DNA of 64,000 bases from Chloroflexota bacterium (GCA_016178045.1 JACOUE010000012.1:9832-73831), one strand, 5' to 3'; counted from the stretch's first letter, positions 34,382-42,757 are shown. Notes: generated from the sequence alone by a model not told the origin. Program-made: numbers and translations.

Positions 34382-34543
34382 ATGCCCGTCGAGATCCGCA
34401 CCGACCCCGTTTGCGGGATGGAGGTAGAGCCGAAGGAGGCGGCCGGCAAGTCCCAGTTCGGCGAGTGGGTCTATTTCTTCTGCTCCCCTCGCTGCAAGGA
34501 GGACTTCGACCGCGACCCGGTAAAGTATCTCCTGAAAGGGTGA
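34382..34543 (+). CDS. YHS (TRASH-type) metal-binding domain protein
   Basis: MPVEIRTDPVCGMEVEPKEAAGKSQFGEWVYFFCSPRCKEDFDRDPVKYL. AAGGAGGAG RBS overlapping the nrdJ stop region. ORF 34304.. trimmed to this ATG. Confidence 0.8.
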   Translation: MPVEIRTDPVCGMEVEPKEAAGKSQFGEWVYFFCSPRCKEDFDRDPVKYLLKG

Positions 34544-34598
34544 GCCTGGGTTTCTTCGAAAGATCGCTGTATAGGTTTTCCGGCATCGCGGCCGCGGC

Positions 34599-34614
34599 TA
34601 TAATGGATAGGAAG
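34599..34614 (+). promoter_or_regulatory. Candidate -10 box and RBS for the small basic ORF / PIN pair
   Basis: TATAAT at 34599-34604. AGGAAG at 34609-34614, 9 nt upstream of the ATG at 34624. The -35 is weak (TTTTCC). Confidence 0.35.
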
Positions 34615-34623
34615 TACTGAAGC

Positions 34624-34764
34624 ATGGCGCAAAGACGTACCCCTGCCCGTACAGTATCGAAGTCGCACAGACCGAGTCCCTCCCGCAAGCCTACAGCGAC
34701 CCCTTCTAGGCCGATAACTCGACACGGGAAACGGCCACCGCGGCCCGCACGGCGTAAAAAGTAA
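34624..34764 (+). CDS. Candidate 46-aa extremely basic Arg/Lys/Pro-rich peptide
   Basis: MAQRRTPARTVSKSHRPSPSRKPTATPSRPITRHGKRPPRPARRKK (11 R, 5 K, no acidic residues). Stop at 34762-34764, 9 nt before the PIN ATG. Third-position GC 25/46, like the PIN gene. Below the ORF-track length cut-off. Confidence 0.35.
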   Translation: MAQRRTPARTVSKSHRPSPSRKPTATPSRPITRHGKRPPRPARRKK

Positions 34765-34773
34765 CCAGTCCGG

Positions 34774-35331
34774 ATGAAGCGGAGGTCGCCCCACCTCTAT
34801 TTGGACACCAATGTCATTCTGGACGCCGTGGACAACCGGTGGAGGCCCTCTCGAGACCTGATGGCCAGGATACGAAGCGAAGGATGGAAGTGCTCAACAT
34901 CGCGCTTCACATTCCTGGAGATGCTCGAAGTCAAGCAAGAAGACCGGTTCATGAGGAATAGATTGGACGAGGGATTGACCCTGTCCGAGATCGTCCGCCA
35001 GCGAGGGAACCGGCGGTGGGGTAGGCTTGCTTTACGTAGGGGAGAGTTGGACGCAATTTATGAGCAACTATATGAAGCAGTAGAAGCCGAATACCCATTC
35101 ATTACCTTTCAGCAGCCCCAAACCGGACTCTGGGATCAAGCGGAGGAGTATTGCGCGGCCACCAATATCGGAGCGGTTGACTCCATCCACCTAGCCACGG
35201 CAGTTGGAGTGGGGTGCGACGTGCTCGCCACCCGTGACCAGGATTTTCGGTCGATAGCCGATGGATATATTCCGGCAGCCTTCCCAGAGAACATCGACGC
35301 TGCCCTGAGAGACCTGGGATTCGACTTATAG
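34774..35331 (+). CDS. PIN-domain ribonuclease-like protein
   Basis: LYLDTNVILDAV (Asp 1), FLEMLE, VDSIHLATA, LATRDQDF cover the PIN acidic-residue pattern. About 60 extra residues lie between motifs. Low GC. Confidence 0.7.
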   Translation: MKRRSPHLYLDTNVILDAVDNRWRPSRDLMARIRSEGWKCSTSRFTFLEMLEVKQEDRFMRNRLDEGLTLSEIVRQRGNRRWGRLALRRGELDAIYEQLYEAVEAEYPFITFQQPQTGLWDQAEEYCAATNIGAVDSIHLATAVGVGCDVLATRDQDFRSIADGYIPAAFPENIDAALRDLGFDL

Positions 35332-35370
35332 ACCCTCCGCTGTAAGCAAGCGCGAAGGGAAGGAGGCCCC

Positions 35371-35682
35371 ATGGTCACCATACTCGCCCGCTTCAAGGTC
35401 CAGCCCGGCAAGGAGGCGGAGGCCGAGCAGGCCCTCCGCGAGATGGCCGGCGCCGTCGAGGCCAACGAGCCGGGCGCCCTGGCCTACGTCTTCCACCGCT
35501 CTCGCAGCGACCCCGCCGAGGTCACCGTCTTCGAGGTCTACGCCGACGACGGCGCCTTCTCGACCCACGGGACGAGCGCCCACATGACGAAGCTGCGCTC
35601 CGCCTTCGGCTCCGTGTTCGACCCCGGCTCCGTCAAGATCGAGCGGCTGGAGCGCTTTGCCGGCTTCATCCGCTCCGCTTAG
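35371..35682 (+). CDS. Antibiotic-biosynthesis-monooxygenase (ABM) family protein
   Basis: VTILARFKVQPGKEAEAEQALREM...EPGALAYVFHRS...VFEVYADDGAFSTH. Confidence 0.7.
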   Translation: MVTILARFKVQPGKEAEAEQALREMAGAVEANEPGALAYVFHRSRSDPAEVTVFEVYADDGAFSTHGTSAHMTKLRSAFGSVFDPGSVKIERLERFAGFIRSA

Positions 35683-35744
35683 CCCTGGAAGACGAGCCGC
35701 CGACAGCCTGGCTTCCGTGCTACGATTGAACGCGGACGGCCGCG

Positions 35745-35987
35745 ATGTACCGAGAGCCTGAGAAGCCAGCCCCCTGGTGGCTGGAGACGTTCGTCATCAC
35801 CCGGACGGTCTTCGGGGTCCTGTTCTGGCCGCTGGCGGCCCTTTTCGGCGTGGTGGTGGCCATCGTGGGGCTGGTCTTCGCCTTCGAAGCGCACTGGGGG
35901 TTCGGCGTCATGGCGCTGGCCCTTATCGCCGCGGCCGTCGGCGCCTTCGCCTGGTGGGAAAACCGCCGCTTCCGCCCTCCCTCGTAG
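35745..35987 (+). CDS. Small two-TM membrane protein, hypothetical
   Basis: 80 aa with two hydrophobic spans (VFGVLFWPLAALFGVVVAIVGLVFAF; GVMALALIAAAVGAFAW). Confidence 0.4.
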   Translation: MYREPEKPAPWWLETFVITRTVFGVLFWPLAALFGVVVAIVGLVFAFEAHWGFGVMALALIAAAVGAFAWWENRRFRPPS

Positions 35988-36324
35988 GGGCGCTGCTTGC
36001 CGCGCCCCAGGAGGGCGCCGCGAGCGTCTGGCGCACCCACGAGCCGTTCGGGTAGGACGCCGTGGGCAGCGCCCGGTCCTCGAAGGCGCCGACCGTGGCC
36101 GCGCCGCCCTCGCGCACGTACCGCATGCACTCGTCCAGCGACTCCCACGTGGTGATCTGGCCCATGGAGCCGTCGCCCTCCACCCCCCACAGGTACTGCA
36201 CGGAGACGAAGCCCGGTTGGCCCTTCAGCACGTCCCTGATCTTCGGGAGGACGGACTCGAGCCGCTGCTGCCACTCCTCGCGGTCCTTTATCTCCGTCCT
36301 GCGGGTAACGATGGAGATGATCAT
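35923..36324 (-). CDS. ABM-like (dimeric alpha/beta barrel) protein; C-terminus uncertain
   Basis: MIISIVTRRTEIKDREEWQQRLESVLPKIRDVLKGQPGFVSVQYLWG...ITTWESLDECMRY. The Arg-rich tail overlaps the convergent ORF and may not be real. Confidence 0.45.
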   Translation of the reverse strand: MIISIVTRRTEIKDREEWQQRLESVLPKIRDVLKGQPGFVSVQYLWGVEGDGSMGQITTWESLDECMRYVREGGAATVGAFEDRALPTASYPNGSWVRQTLAAPSWGAASSAPTREGGSGGFPTRRRRRRPRR

Positions 36325-36338
36325 GGCTTCCCCCGGGG

Positions 36339-36791
36339 CTATCCCGCCGACCACCAGAACTGGCGCACGGCGTACGTATCCGGTTGGCCGACCTTCTCCC
36401 AGTACGCCGTCATGGCCCTGTCGATGCGCAGCTCGAAGACCCAGTCGCTGTCGTGGACGCTATGACCTGCCGCCTCCACCACCTGGGCGCGGGTGGCCGC
36501 GTCCTCCACCAGCGCGGCGCGACCGGTGACGTAGAACTCGTCGTCACGCTTGCCGGGGAGGCCGTGGAGGGCGTAGCGGCCGTCGCGTCTCAGGTCGAAC
36601 CGCTTGGGTGACGTGTCCGCCACGGCGATGAACATCCGCCCGCCGGCGATGATCGGGCAGACGGGGTGCACGCGCGGCGAGCCGTCCCTGCGCACCGTGG
36701 CAAGGTAGGTGATCGGGATCCACTCCAGCAGCTTGAGCAGGACCTCGGCCATGTCGGGGCGGCCCTCGGCGAACTGTCCCCAGGTGGCCAC
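36339..36791 (-). CDS. Pyridoxamine 5'-phosphate oxidase-like FMN/F420-binding split-barrel protein
   Basis: YLATVRRDGSPRVHPVCPII.GGRMFIAV...SPKRFDLRRDGRYALH. GTG start at 36791, or ATG at 36752. Confidence 0.55.
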   Translation of the reverse strand: MATWGQFAEGRPDMAEVLLKLLEWIPITYLATVRRDGSPRVHPVCPIIAGGRMFIAVADTSPKRFDLRRDGRYALHGLPGKRDDEFYVTGRAALVEDAATRAQVVEAAGHSVHDSDWVFELRIDRAMTAYWEKVGQPDTYAVRQFWWSAG

Positions 36792-36857
36792 GCTCTTCCC
36801 TCCCGGCGATATGCGCAAAGGATTATACCACCAGCCGACTGCTATACTGGTCTCGAT

Positions 36858-37529
36858 ATGAAAGTGCTGACCATCGCCGAACGCGCGGAAGCCGTCCGAC
36901 GGCGGGTGGCGGCCGCCTGTGAGCGTGCCGGCCGGTCGCCGGAAGAGGTAACCGTCGTGGCCGTGGCGAAGACGTTCCCCCCGGCCGCCATCGCGGAGAC
37001 GGTGGCGGCAGGCGTCCGCCACATCGGCGAGAACCGGGTGCAGGAGGCGGCGGCCAAGCGCCCGGAGCTGGCCGGGCTGGACGCGGTCTGGCACATGGTG
37101 GGCCGCCTCCAGACCAACAAGGTGGCGCGTGCCCTGGAGCTCTTTGATATAATCCAGGCGGTGGATTCTCTGCACCTGGCGGCGGAGATAAGCAAGCGGG
37201 CTCCTACAGAGGTGCCCGTTTTTCTTGAGGTGAACGTGGAGGGCGAAGCGACGAAGCTCGGCTTTTCGCCCTCGGAGGCCCTGCGCGCCGCCGGGAAGCT
37301 GGCGGCGCTGCCCAACCTGGACCTGCGCGGGCTGATGACGGTGGCCCCCTTGACCGACGACCCGGAGGAGGTGCGGCCGGTGTTCCGCCGCCTCCGCGCG
37401 CTGCGGGACGCCCTGGGCCTGCCCGAGCTCTCGATGGGCATGACCGATGACTTCGAAGTGGCCATCGACGAAGGCGCCACGCTGGTGCGCATCGGTCGGG
37501 CCATCTTCGGCGAGAGGAGCTTCCGGTGA
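36858..37529 (+). CDS. yggS: YggS-family pyridoxal-phosphate homeostasis protein
   Basis: VTVVAVAKTFP...GVRHIGENRVQE...WHMVGRLQTNK...LSMGMTDDFEVAI.EGATLVRIG.AIFG. Confidence 0.9.
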   Translation: MKVLTIAERAEAVRRRVAAACERAGRSPEEVTVVAVAKTFPPAAIAETVAAGVRHIGENRVQEAAAKRPELAGLDAVWHMVGRLQTNKVARALELFDIIQAVDSLHLAAEISKRAPTEVPVFLEVNVEGEATKLGFSPSEALRAAGKLAALPNLDLRGLMTVAPLTDDPEEVRPVFRRLRALRDALGLPELSMGMTDDFEVAIDEGATLVRIGRAIFGERSFR

Positions 37530-38326
37530 AGCTGGCCTTCATCGGCGGCGGCGTCATGGGCGAGGCGATCATCAGCGCTGTCCTCAGCAAGGGGCTGGCC
37601 AAGGCCCAGGACGTGGTCGCCTGCGACGTGCTGGCCCAGCGGCGCCGGCACCTGGAGTCGAGTTACAAGGTGCGGGCCGTCGAGAGCAGCGCCGACGCCG
37701 TGCCGGGGGCGGAGGTGGTGGTCCTGGCGGTGAAGCCGCAGGAGTTCGCCTCGGCCGGGCGGCAGCTGAACGGGCGGCTGGACGGCGGCCAGACGATTAT
37801 GTCAATCATGGCCGGTGTTCCTATCGCGACTATTTGTGACACGTTACGACACAAGTCCGTGGTCCGCGTCATCCCCAATACGCCCGCCCAGATCGGCGAA
37901 GGGTTCAGCGTCTGGACGGCCACGCCAGAGGTGAGCGAGGCCGCCCGGGGACAGGTCGCAAAGCTGCTGGGCGCACTAGGGCTCGAGGTGTACGTACCCG
38001 AAGAGAAGTACATCGACATGGCCACCGCCGTCAGCTCCAGTGGGCCCGCCTACGTCTTCCTCGTGATCGAGGCCCTCATCGACGCCGCCGTCCACATCGG
38101 CATCCGGCGCGGACAGGCCGTGCCCATGGTCCTCCAGACGGTGCTCGGCTCGGCCAGGTACGCCCAGGCGACGGGCAGGCACCCGGCCGAGCTGAAGAAC
38201 CAAGTGACCTCGCCCGGCGGGACGACCACAGAGGGGCTCCTGGTGCTGGAGGAGGCCGGCGTGCGCGCCGCCTTCATCCACGCCATCGAAGCGGCTTACG
38301 AGAAGGCCAAGCAGCTGGGAGGGTAG
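37526..38326 (+). CDS. proC: Pyrroline-5-carboxylate reductase
   Basis: KLAFIGGGVMGEAI...LAVKPQ...IPNTPAQIGEG...SSGPAYVFLVIEAL.DA.V..G...VTSPGGTT. Confidence 0.93.
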   Translation: MKLAFIGGGVMGEAIISAVLSKGLAKAQDVVACDVLAQRRRHLESSYKVRAVESSADAVPGAEVVVLAVKPQEFASAGRQLNGRLDGGQTIMSIMAGVPIATICDTLRHKSVVRVIPNTPAQIGEGFSVWTATPEVSEAARGQVAKLLGALGLEVYVPEEKYIDMATAVSSSGPAYVFLVIEALIDAAVHIGIRRGQAVPMVLQTVLGSARYAQATGRHPAELKNQVTSPGGTTTEGLLVLEEAGVRAAFIHAIEAAYEKAKQLGG

Positions 38327-38401
38327 CCTCATCGACGTCCTGGCCCGCTTTATCGAGATCCTGGCCGAAGTCCTTGCCTAGCGACTAGCGCCGGAAAACT
38401 C

Positions 38402-38430
38402 TTGTATCCTTAAGAGGCAGGTGCTATCAT
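38402..38430 (+). promoter_or_regulatory. Candidate recA promoter
   Basis: TTGTAT (38402-38407), 17 nt, TGcTATCAT extended -10 (38422-38430). Confidence 0.4.
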
Positions 38431-38457
38431 GCCGTCGCTCGTGAATAGCGAAAGCGA

Positions 38458-39531
38458 GTGTTTCCCATGACCGAGAACCCCGCGGCCACCAACTCCGACC
38501 GGCTCCGCGCCCTGGAGATGGCGATAAGCCAGATCGAAAAGGACTTCGGGCGGGGCGCCATCATGCGCCTGGGCGAAGCGCGGGCCCGCATGGCCGTGGA
38601 GGCGATCCCCACCGGCTCCCTCTCGCTTGACCTGGCGTTGGGGATAGGCGGCATCCCCCGCGGCCGCATCACCGAGATCTTCGGGCCGGAGATGGCCGGC
38701 AAGTCCACGCTGGCCATGCACATCATCGCCGAGGCGCAGAAGGTGGACGGGCTGGCGGCTTACGTGGACGTGGAGCACGCCCTGGACCCTACCTTCGCGT
38801 CGCACATCGGGATCAAGGTGGAGGACCTGCTGGTATCGCAGCCGGACACCGGCGAGCAGGCCCTGGAGATCGCCGAGGCGCTGGTGCGGAGCAACGCCGT
38901 GGACGTAATCGTGGTGGACAGCGTGGCCGCCCTCGTCCCCCGCGCCGAGATCGAGGGCGAGATGGGCGACGCCCTGCCCGGGCTCCAGGCCCGCCTCATG
39001 TCCCAGGCCCTGCGCAAGCTCACCGCCGCCATCTCGCGCTCGCGCACGGCGGTCATCTTCATCAACCAGCTGCGGGAGAAGATCGGCATCGTCTTCGGCA
39101 ACCCGGAGGTGACGCCGGGCGGCCGCGCCCTGAAGTTCTACTCCTCGGTCCGCATCGACCTGCGGCGGGCGGAGAGCCTGAAGCACGGCGGCCAGGTCAT
39201 CGGCAGCCGGGTGCGGGCCAAGGTCGTCAAGAACAAGGTGGCGCCGCCCTTCCGCACGGCGGAGTTCGACATCATCTTCTACGGCAAACGCATCGGTATC
39301 AGCCGCGTAGGCGATATTCTCGACCTGGCGGCGGAAGCGGGCATCGTCAAGAAGCAGGGCGCCTTCTACTCCTACGGAGACGTGAAGCTAGGCCAGGGGC
39401 GCGAGCAGGCGAAGGAGTACCTGGCGGAGAACCCGCAGCTGGCGGCGAAGATCGAGCAGGAAGTGCGGGCCAAGGCAGAGGAAGCCACGCCCGTGGGCTT
39501 CGCGCCCGAGGAGCCGCCGGAGATGGAGTAG
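38458..39531 (+). CDS. recA: Recombinase A
   Basis: [23 protein letters not shown]...[14 protein letters not shown]...[21 protein letters not shown]...[13 protein letters not shown] at 38458, or ATG at 38467. Confidence 0.97.
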   Translation: MFPMTENPAATNSDRLRALEMAISQIEKDFGRGAIMRLGEARARMAVEAIPTGSLSLDLALGIGGIPRGRITEIFGPEMAGKSTLAMHIIAEAQKVDGLAAYVDVEHALDPTFASHIGIKVEDLLVSQPDTGEQALEIAEALVRSNAVDVIVVDSVAALVPRAEIEGEMGDALPGLQARLMSQALRKLTAAISRSRTAVIFINQLREKIGIVFGNPEVTPGGRALKFYSSVRIDLRRAESLKHGGQVIGSRVRAKVVKNKVAPPFRTAEFDIIFYGKRIGISRVGDILDLAAEAGIVKKQGAFYSYGDVKLGQGREQAKEYLAENPQLAAKIEQEVRAKAEEATPVGFAPEEPPEME

Positions 39532-40346
39532 TGGTTACTCCGGACGAGAGCCTCCCGCCCCTTGAACGCTTCGCAAAGACTTACCAGAGGGTCCAGTCGG
39601 CGGCGGCCGCCGTGGTCGAACGGGAGGTCTTCGGCGGCAACTTCGGCGTCCACGGCTATACCACCATCGAACAGGCCGACGCCCTGGCGACGCACCTTGA
39701 CCTGCGCGCCGCGACGCGGCTCCTCGATATCGGGTCGTTCCGCGGCTGGCCTTCGCTCTATCTGGCCGGCAAGACCGGGTGCGAGGCCGTCCTGACCGAC
39801 CTGCCGGCCGAAGCCCTGGCTGACGCCAGGGGGCGGGCGCGACGCCTGCGCGTAGAAGAATGCTGCTCCTTTGTGACTGCCGCCGGAGAGCACCTTCCCT
39901 TCCGGCCCGACACCTTCGACGCCATCGTCCACACCGACGCGCTCTGATGAATCAGGGCCAAGCTCTCCGTGTTGAGGGCGTGCAGGCGGCTGCTGAAGCC
40001 GCGCGGCCGGATGGCGTTCTACACTATCTACACCCCCTCGGGCATCCCTGAAGAGTCCTACCGACGTGTAGCGAGCGTCGACCCTCTTGTGGCCGATCGG
40101 AAAGAGCCGCCGGAGATGCTGCGGCTAGCGCGATTCACCGACATCGCGGAGTGGGACGTCACGGCCGAGTACCTGCGCATAGCGCGGGCGTTCTACGAGG
40201 CTGAACAGCATCACGCCGACGAGCTCCGCAGAGCTGAAGGGGAGCCGGCGTTCGAGCAGAGGCAGGTCGGCAACCGGGCCAGGCTGGCAGCCATCGAAGC
40301 AGGCCTGATACGCCGTTCCCTCTTCGTGGCGCGGCGCCCGGGCTGA
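39531..40346 (+). pseudogene. Class I SAM-dependent methyltransferase-like gene interrupted by in-frame tandem TGA TGA
   Basis: ...RLLDIGSFRGWPSLYLA...DAIVHTDAL-TGA-TGA(39948-39953)-IRAKLSVLRACRRLLKPRGRMAFYTI.... A single frame runs through both ORFs 39531..39947 and 39969..40346. Motif I is degenerate (GSFRGW rather than GxGxG). Confidence 0.6.
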
Positions 40347-40350
40347 CCCC

Positions 40351-40430
40351 ATGCGCATCACCGCCATCGAGAAGCGGCAGCGGCGGCGGCGTGCCAACGT
40401 CTTCGTCGACGGCCGCTTCGCCCTCGCCCG
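40351..40430 (+). repeat. Duplicated copy of the recX 5' end
   Basis: ATGCGCATCACCGCCATCGAGAAGCGGCAGCGGCGGCGGCGTGCCAACGTCTTCGTCGACGGCCGCTTCGCCCTCGCCC, compared with 42036-42115 ATGCGCATAACCACCATCGAGAAGCAGCAGCGGCGGCGACGCGCCAACGTCTTCGTCGACGGCCGCTTCACGCTCGCCC. About 88% identity by eye. Confidence 0.8.
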
Positions 40431-40439
40431 AGGTAACTC

Positions 40440-40471
40440 ACGAGGGGTGGACCTGCAAAGCCACCCCTCGT
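40440..40471. terminator. Perfect 11-bp stem hairpin downstream of the cupredoxin gene
   Basis: ACGAGGGGTGG-ACCTGCAAAG-CCACCCCTCGT. No clear U-tract. Confidence 0.35.
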
Positions 40472-40501
40472 TCCGTGCCTGTCGGCGGCGGCGCCGTGGT
40501 A

Positions 40502-40993
40502 TTACTCAACCGTGAACGCTGCGTGCATCCCCTGCTCGTAGTGCGCGGCGATGTTGCAGATGAGGGCATACTTCCCCGGGGCCAAGTCGAAGGTTCCGGC
40601 GACGGTCTCTCCAGCCGCGAACTCCTCGATCTCGCCGATCACCTCGCCAGCCGCCTCCTCATCGACCTTGCCGCCGGTTACCGACAGTTCGTCCGCGGGC
40701 GTGTCGGTCTTAATGATCACCAGCTCGTGGTCAGACCCGCCATTGTTGGTGGCGCTAAAGGTGATCCCCCCGGCTTCGCCCGCAGTCACGGTAGGCGTCA
40801 CCGACCACTCGTCGAGAGCGACGTCCACCACCGGCGCGTTGGGATCTAGGAAAAACTCTTCCTCTTCTCCCTCCCCCTCTTCCTCCGCCCCCTCCTCGCC
40901 GCCGCCACCGCAGGCCGCGGCCAGCATGGCCAGGGCGAGAAGAGCAACGGGTAAGAGTAGGAGAGGCATTCCCCACCGAGAACGCGTCTTCAT
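40502..40993 (-). CDS. Cupredoxin-fold (type-1 copper-like) lipoprotein
   Basis: Signal peptide with lipobox-like LAAAC, an acidic Gly/Glu linker, then ...SDHELVI... and C-terminal LICNIAAHYEQGMH (Cys-x4-His-x4-Met ligand spacing). Confidence 0.6.
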   Translation of the reverse strand: MKTRSRWGMPLLLLPVALLALAMLAAACGGGGEEGAEEEGEGEEEEFFLDPNAPVVDVALDEWSVTPTVTAGEAGGITFSATNNGGSDHELVIIKTDTPADELSVTGGKVDEEAAGEVIGEIEEFAAGETVAGTFDLAPGKYALICNIAAHYEQGMHAAFTVE

Positions 40994-41128
40994 GCCTGGT
41001 ACCTCCTTTCGGCCTACGAAGGCCTTGTGAAATCTGCCACAATCCCATTATCATCGGTACGGGAATGACCGGGCAATCGGGCAAAACCCGACTTCTCGTA
41101 CGGGTTTGCCCCACCGAGGGGTATCAGC

Positions 41129-41800
41129 CTAGGTGCGCCCTCCGATGTCTTGCTGGTACTGGAAAAATCCCCCGTTGATCCTCAGCAACCTCAAGTGATC
41201 TGGGCACCAGTGCTCGCGACGATCATACGCGTGGTCCGACATGATGCAGTAGCGGTGAGGACATCGGTGATGGTCCAGGCCCAGAGCATGGCCCACTTCG
41301 GGGGCCAGAACGAACGCATCCCGATCCAGCCGGTAGGGATGGTGCTTGACCATCACATGGCGGCGGTCTCGGCCGGCGACTCCGCCCTCTTGACCGCGGT
41401 ACTGAGCCGTGAGGGCAACCACCATGTCAGCTCCGCCCGGGCTATGGGAGGCAGCGAACTGATGCATCAAGTCGGAGAAGCTATCGCCGCCAGCGGGAGA
41501 CTTCCAGACCTGGTATCCGGCCAGGCGAAGGTGAATGTCCGCCGGCTCGAACATTCCATCCGCGCGACGAAGGACAGCGGCGGCCTCGTGCTGACCCTCG
41601 GCTCCGTACCACCTGACCCACTCCTCGTCCACTACTACGGCCACATCGATGGTGTATGGGCCGGGATGATCCCGCCGCCACTCCAGGGGAACCAGAATCT
41701 CGCCGGAATGGGCGTGGTAAGCGGAATAGGGCAGGACGAAAGAAGCTGAGAGGAAGACCAAGAGGGTCAGGAGCACCGCTTTGGGCGGGACCCGTCTCAT
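41129..41800 (-). CDS. Secreted reprolysin/M12B-like zinc-metalloprotease homologue with the first His of HExxH replaced by Pro
   Basis: N-terminal signal sequence. ...AFVLAPEVGHALGLDHHRCPHRYCIMSDH versus the canonical HExxHxxGxxH(D)...CIM. The codon is CCC (His would be CAC). Confidence 0.5.
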   Translation of the reverse strand: MRRVPPKAVLLTLLVFLSASFVLPYSAYHAHSGEILVPLEWRRDHPGPYTIDVAVVVDEEWVRWYGAEGQHEAAAVLRRADGMFEPADIHLRLAGYQVWKSPAGGDSFSDLMHQFAASHSPGGADMVVALTAQYRGQEGGVAGRDRRHVMVKHHPYRLDRDAFVLAPEVGHALGLDHHRCPHRYCIMSDHAYDRREHWCPDHLRLLRINGGFFQYQQDIGGRT

Positions 41801-42035
41801 ATCTCATCACCGGCCCGCCCCGTCGTATCTATCCTAGCACACCAAGGTGCTGTTAGCAAAACGTGCCGTTCGGCCTTCTGTCAGCCCCCGAATGCACTGT
41901 ACGACCTGAAGACCGCAGCTGACCGGTCAACGGCTTCTCGCTTGGCCACGCGCGCTAGTAGAATATCGGCACGGGATTCCGAAGGCGGAAGGGCCCCTGG
42001 AAGCGCCAAGGCCCGTGTCAGCACCGCAATCGCCC

Positions 42036-42677
42036 ATGCGCATAACCACCATCGAGAAGCAGCAGCGGCGGCGACGCGCCAACGTCTTCGTCGACGGCCG
42101 CTTCACGCTCGCCCTGAGCCTCGAGGTGATCGCCGACGCCGGCCTCCGCGTCGGCGACGAGGTTACGCCGGACCGCCTCGAGGCGCTGCGCGATGCCGAC
42201 GCCCGCCAGCAGGCCCTCAACTCCGCCCTGCGCCTCCTCTCCTACCGCCCCCGCAGCGAGGCGGAGCTGCGGCTGCGGCTGGCCCGGAAGGGAGCGGCGG
42301 CGGCGCTGGTGGACGAGACGCTGGCCCGCCTCCGTAGCCTCGGCCTGCTCGACGACGGCGCTTTCGCCCGATACTGGGTGGAGTCGCGCCAGCAGCTCAG
42401 CCCCCGCGGCCGTCGCCTCCTCTGGCGGGAGCTGACCGCGAAAGGGGTCGACCGCGAGACGGTCCAGGAAGCCGTCGCCTCCCTGGACGACGCAGAGGCA
42501 GCGTACCGCGCGGGCGAGAAGAGGGCCCGTACCCTCAAAGCGCTCGAATTCCCCGAGTTCCGCCGCCGCCTGGGCGACTTCCTCATCCGCCGCGGCTTCG
42601 ACTACGACGTCGTGGCGGAGGTCACGGCCCGCCTGTGGCGGGAGCGGGAGGAAGCCACCTCGCCGGACGAGCGATAA
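42036..42677 (+). CDS. recX: Regulatory protein RecX
   Basis: MRITTIEKQQRRRRANVFVDGRFTLALSLEV...ALRLLSYRPRSEAELRLRLARKG...RYWVESR....RLLWRELTAKGV. Start trimmed to the ATG at 42036. Confidence 0.85.
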   Translation: MRITTIEKQQRRRRANVFVDGRFTLALSLEVIADAGLRVGDEVTPDRLEALRDADARQQALNSALRLLSYRPRSEAELRLRLARKGAAAALVDETLARLRSLGLLDDGAFARYWVESRQQLSPRGRRLLWRELTAKGVDRETVQEAVASLDDAEAAYRAGEKRARTLKALEFPEFRRRLGDFLIRRGFDYDVVAEVTARLWREREEATSPDER

Positions 42678-42727
42678 ACGGTATCTATCCCGAAACGCGG
42701 CAGACATCGGCCGTTCGGGCTCCTTCC

Positions 42728-42757
42728 TTGACACTCGTATCTAAATAGCGGTATCAT
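42728..42757 (+). promoter_or_regulatory. Candidate rny promoter
   Basis: TTGACA (42728-42733), 18 nt, TATCAT (42752-42757). Confidence 0.4.

Noticed and set aside
38327-38457. A LexA/SOS box upstream of recA.
   Set aside because: I looked for GAAC-N4-GTTC-type or CTGT-N8-ACAG-type palindromes and found none. Only a sigma-70-like promoter is evident.
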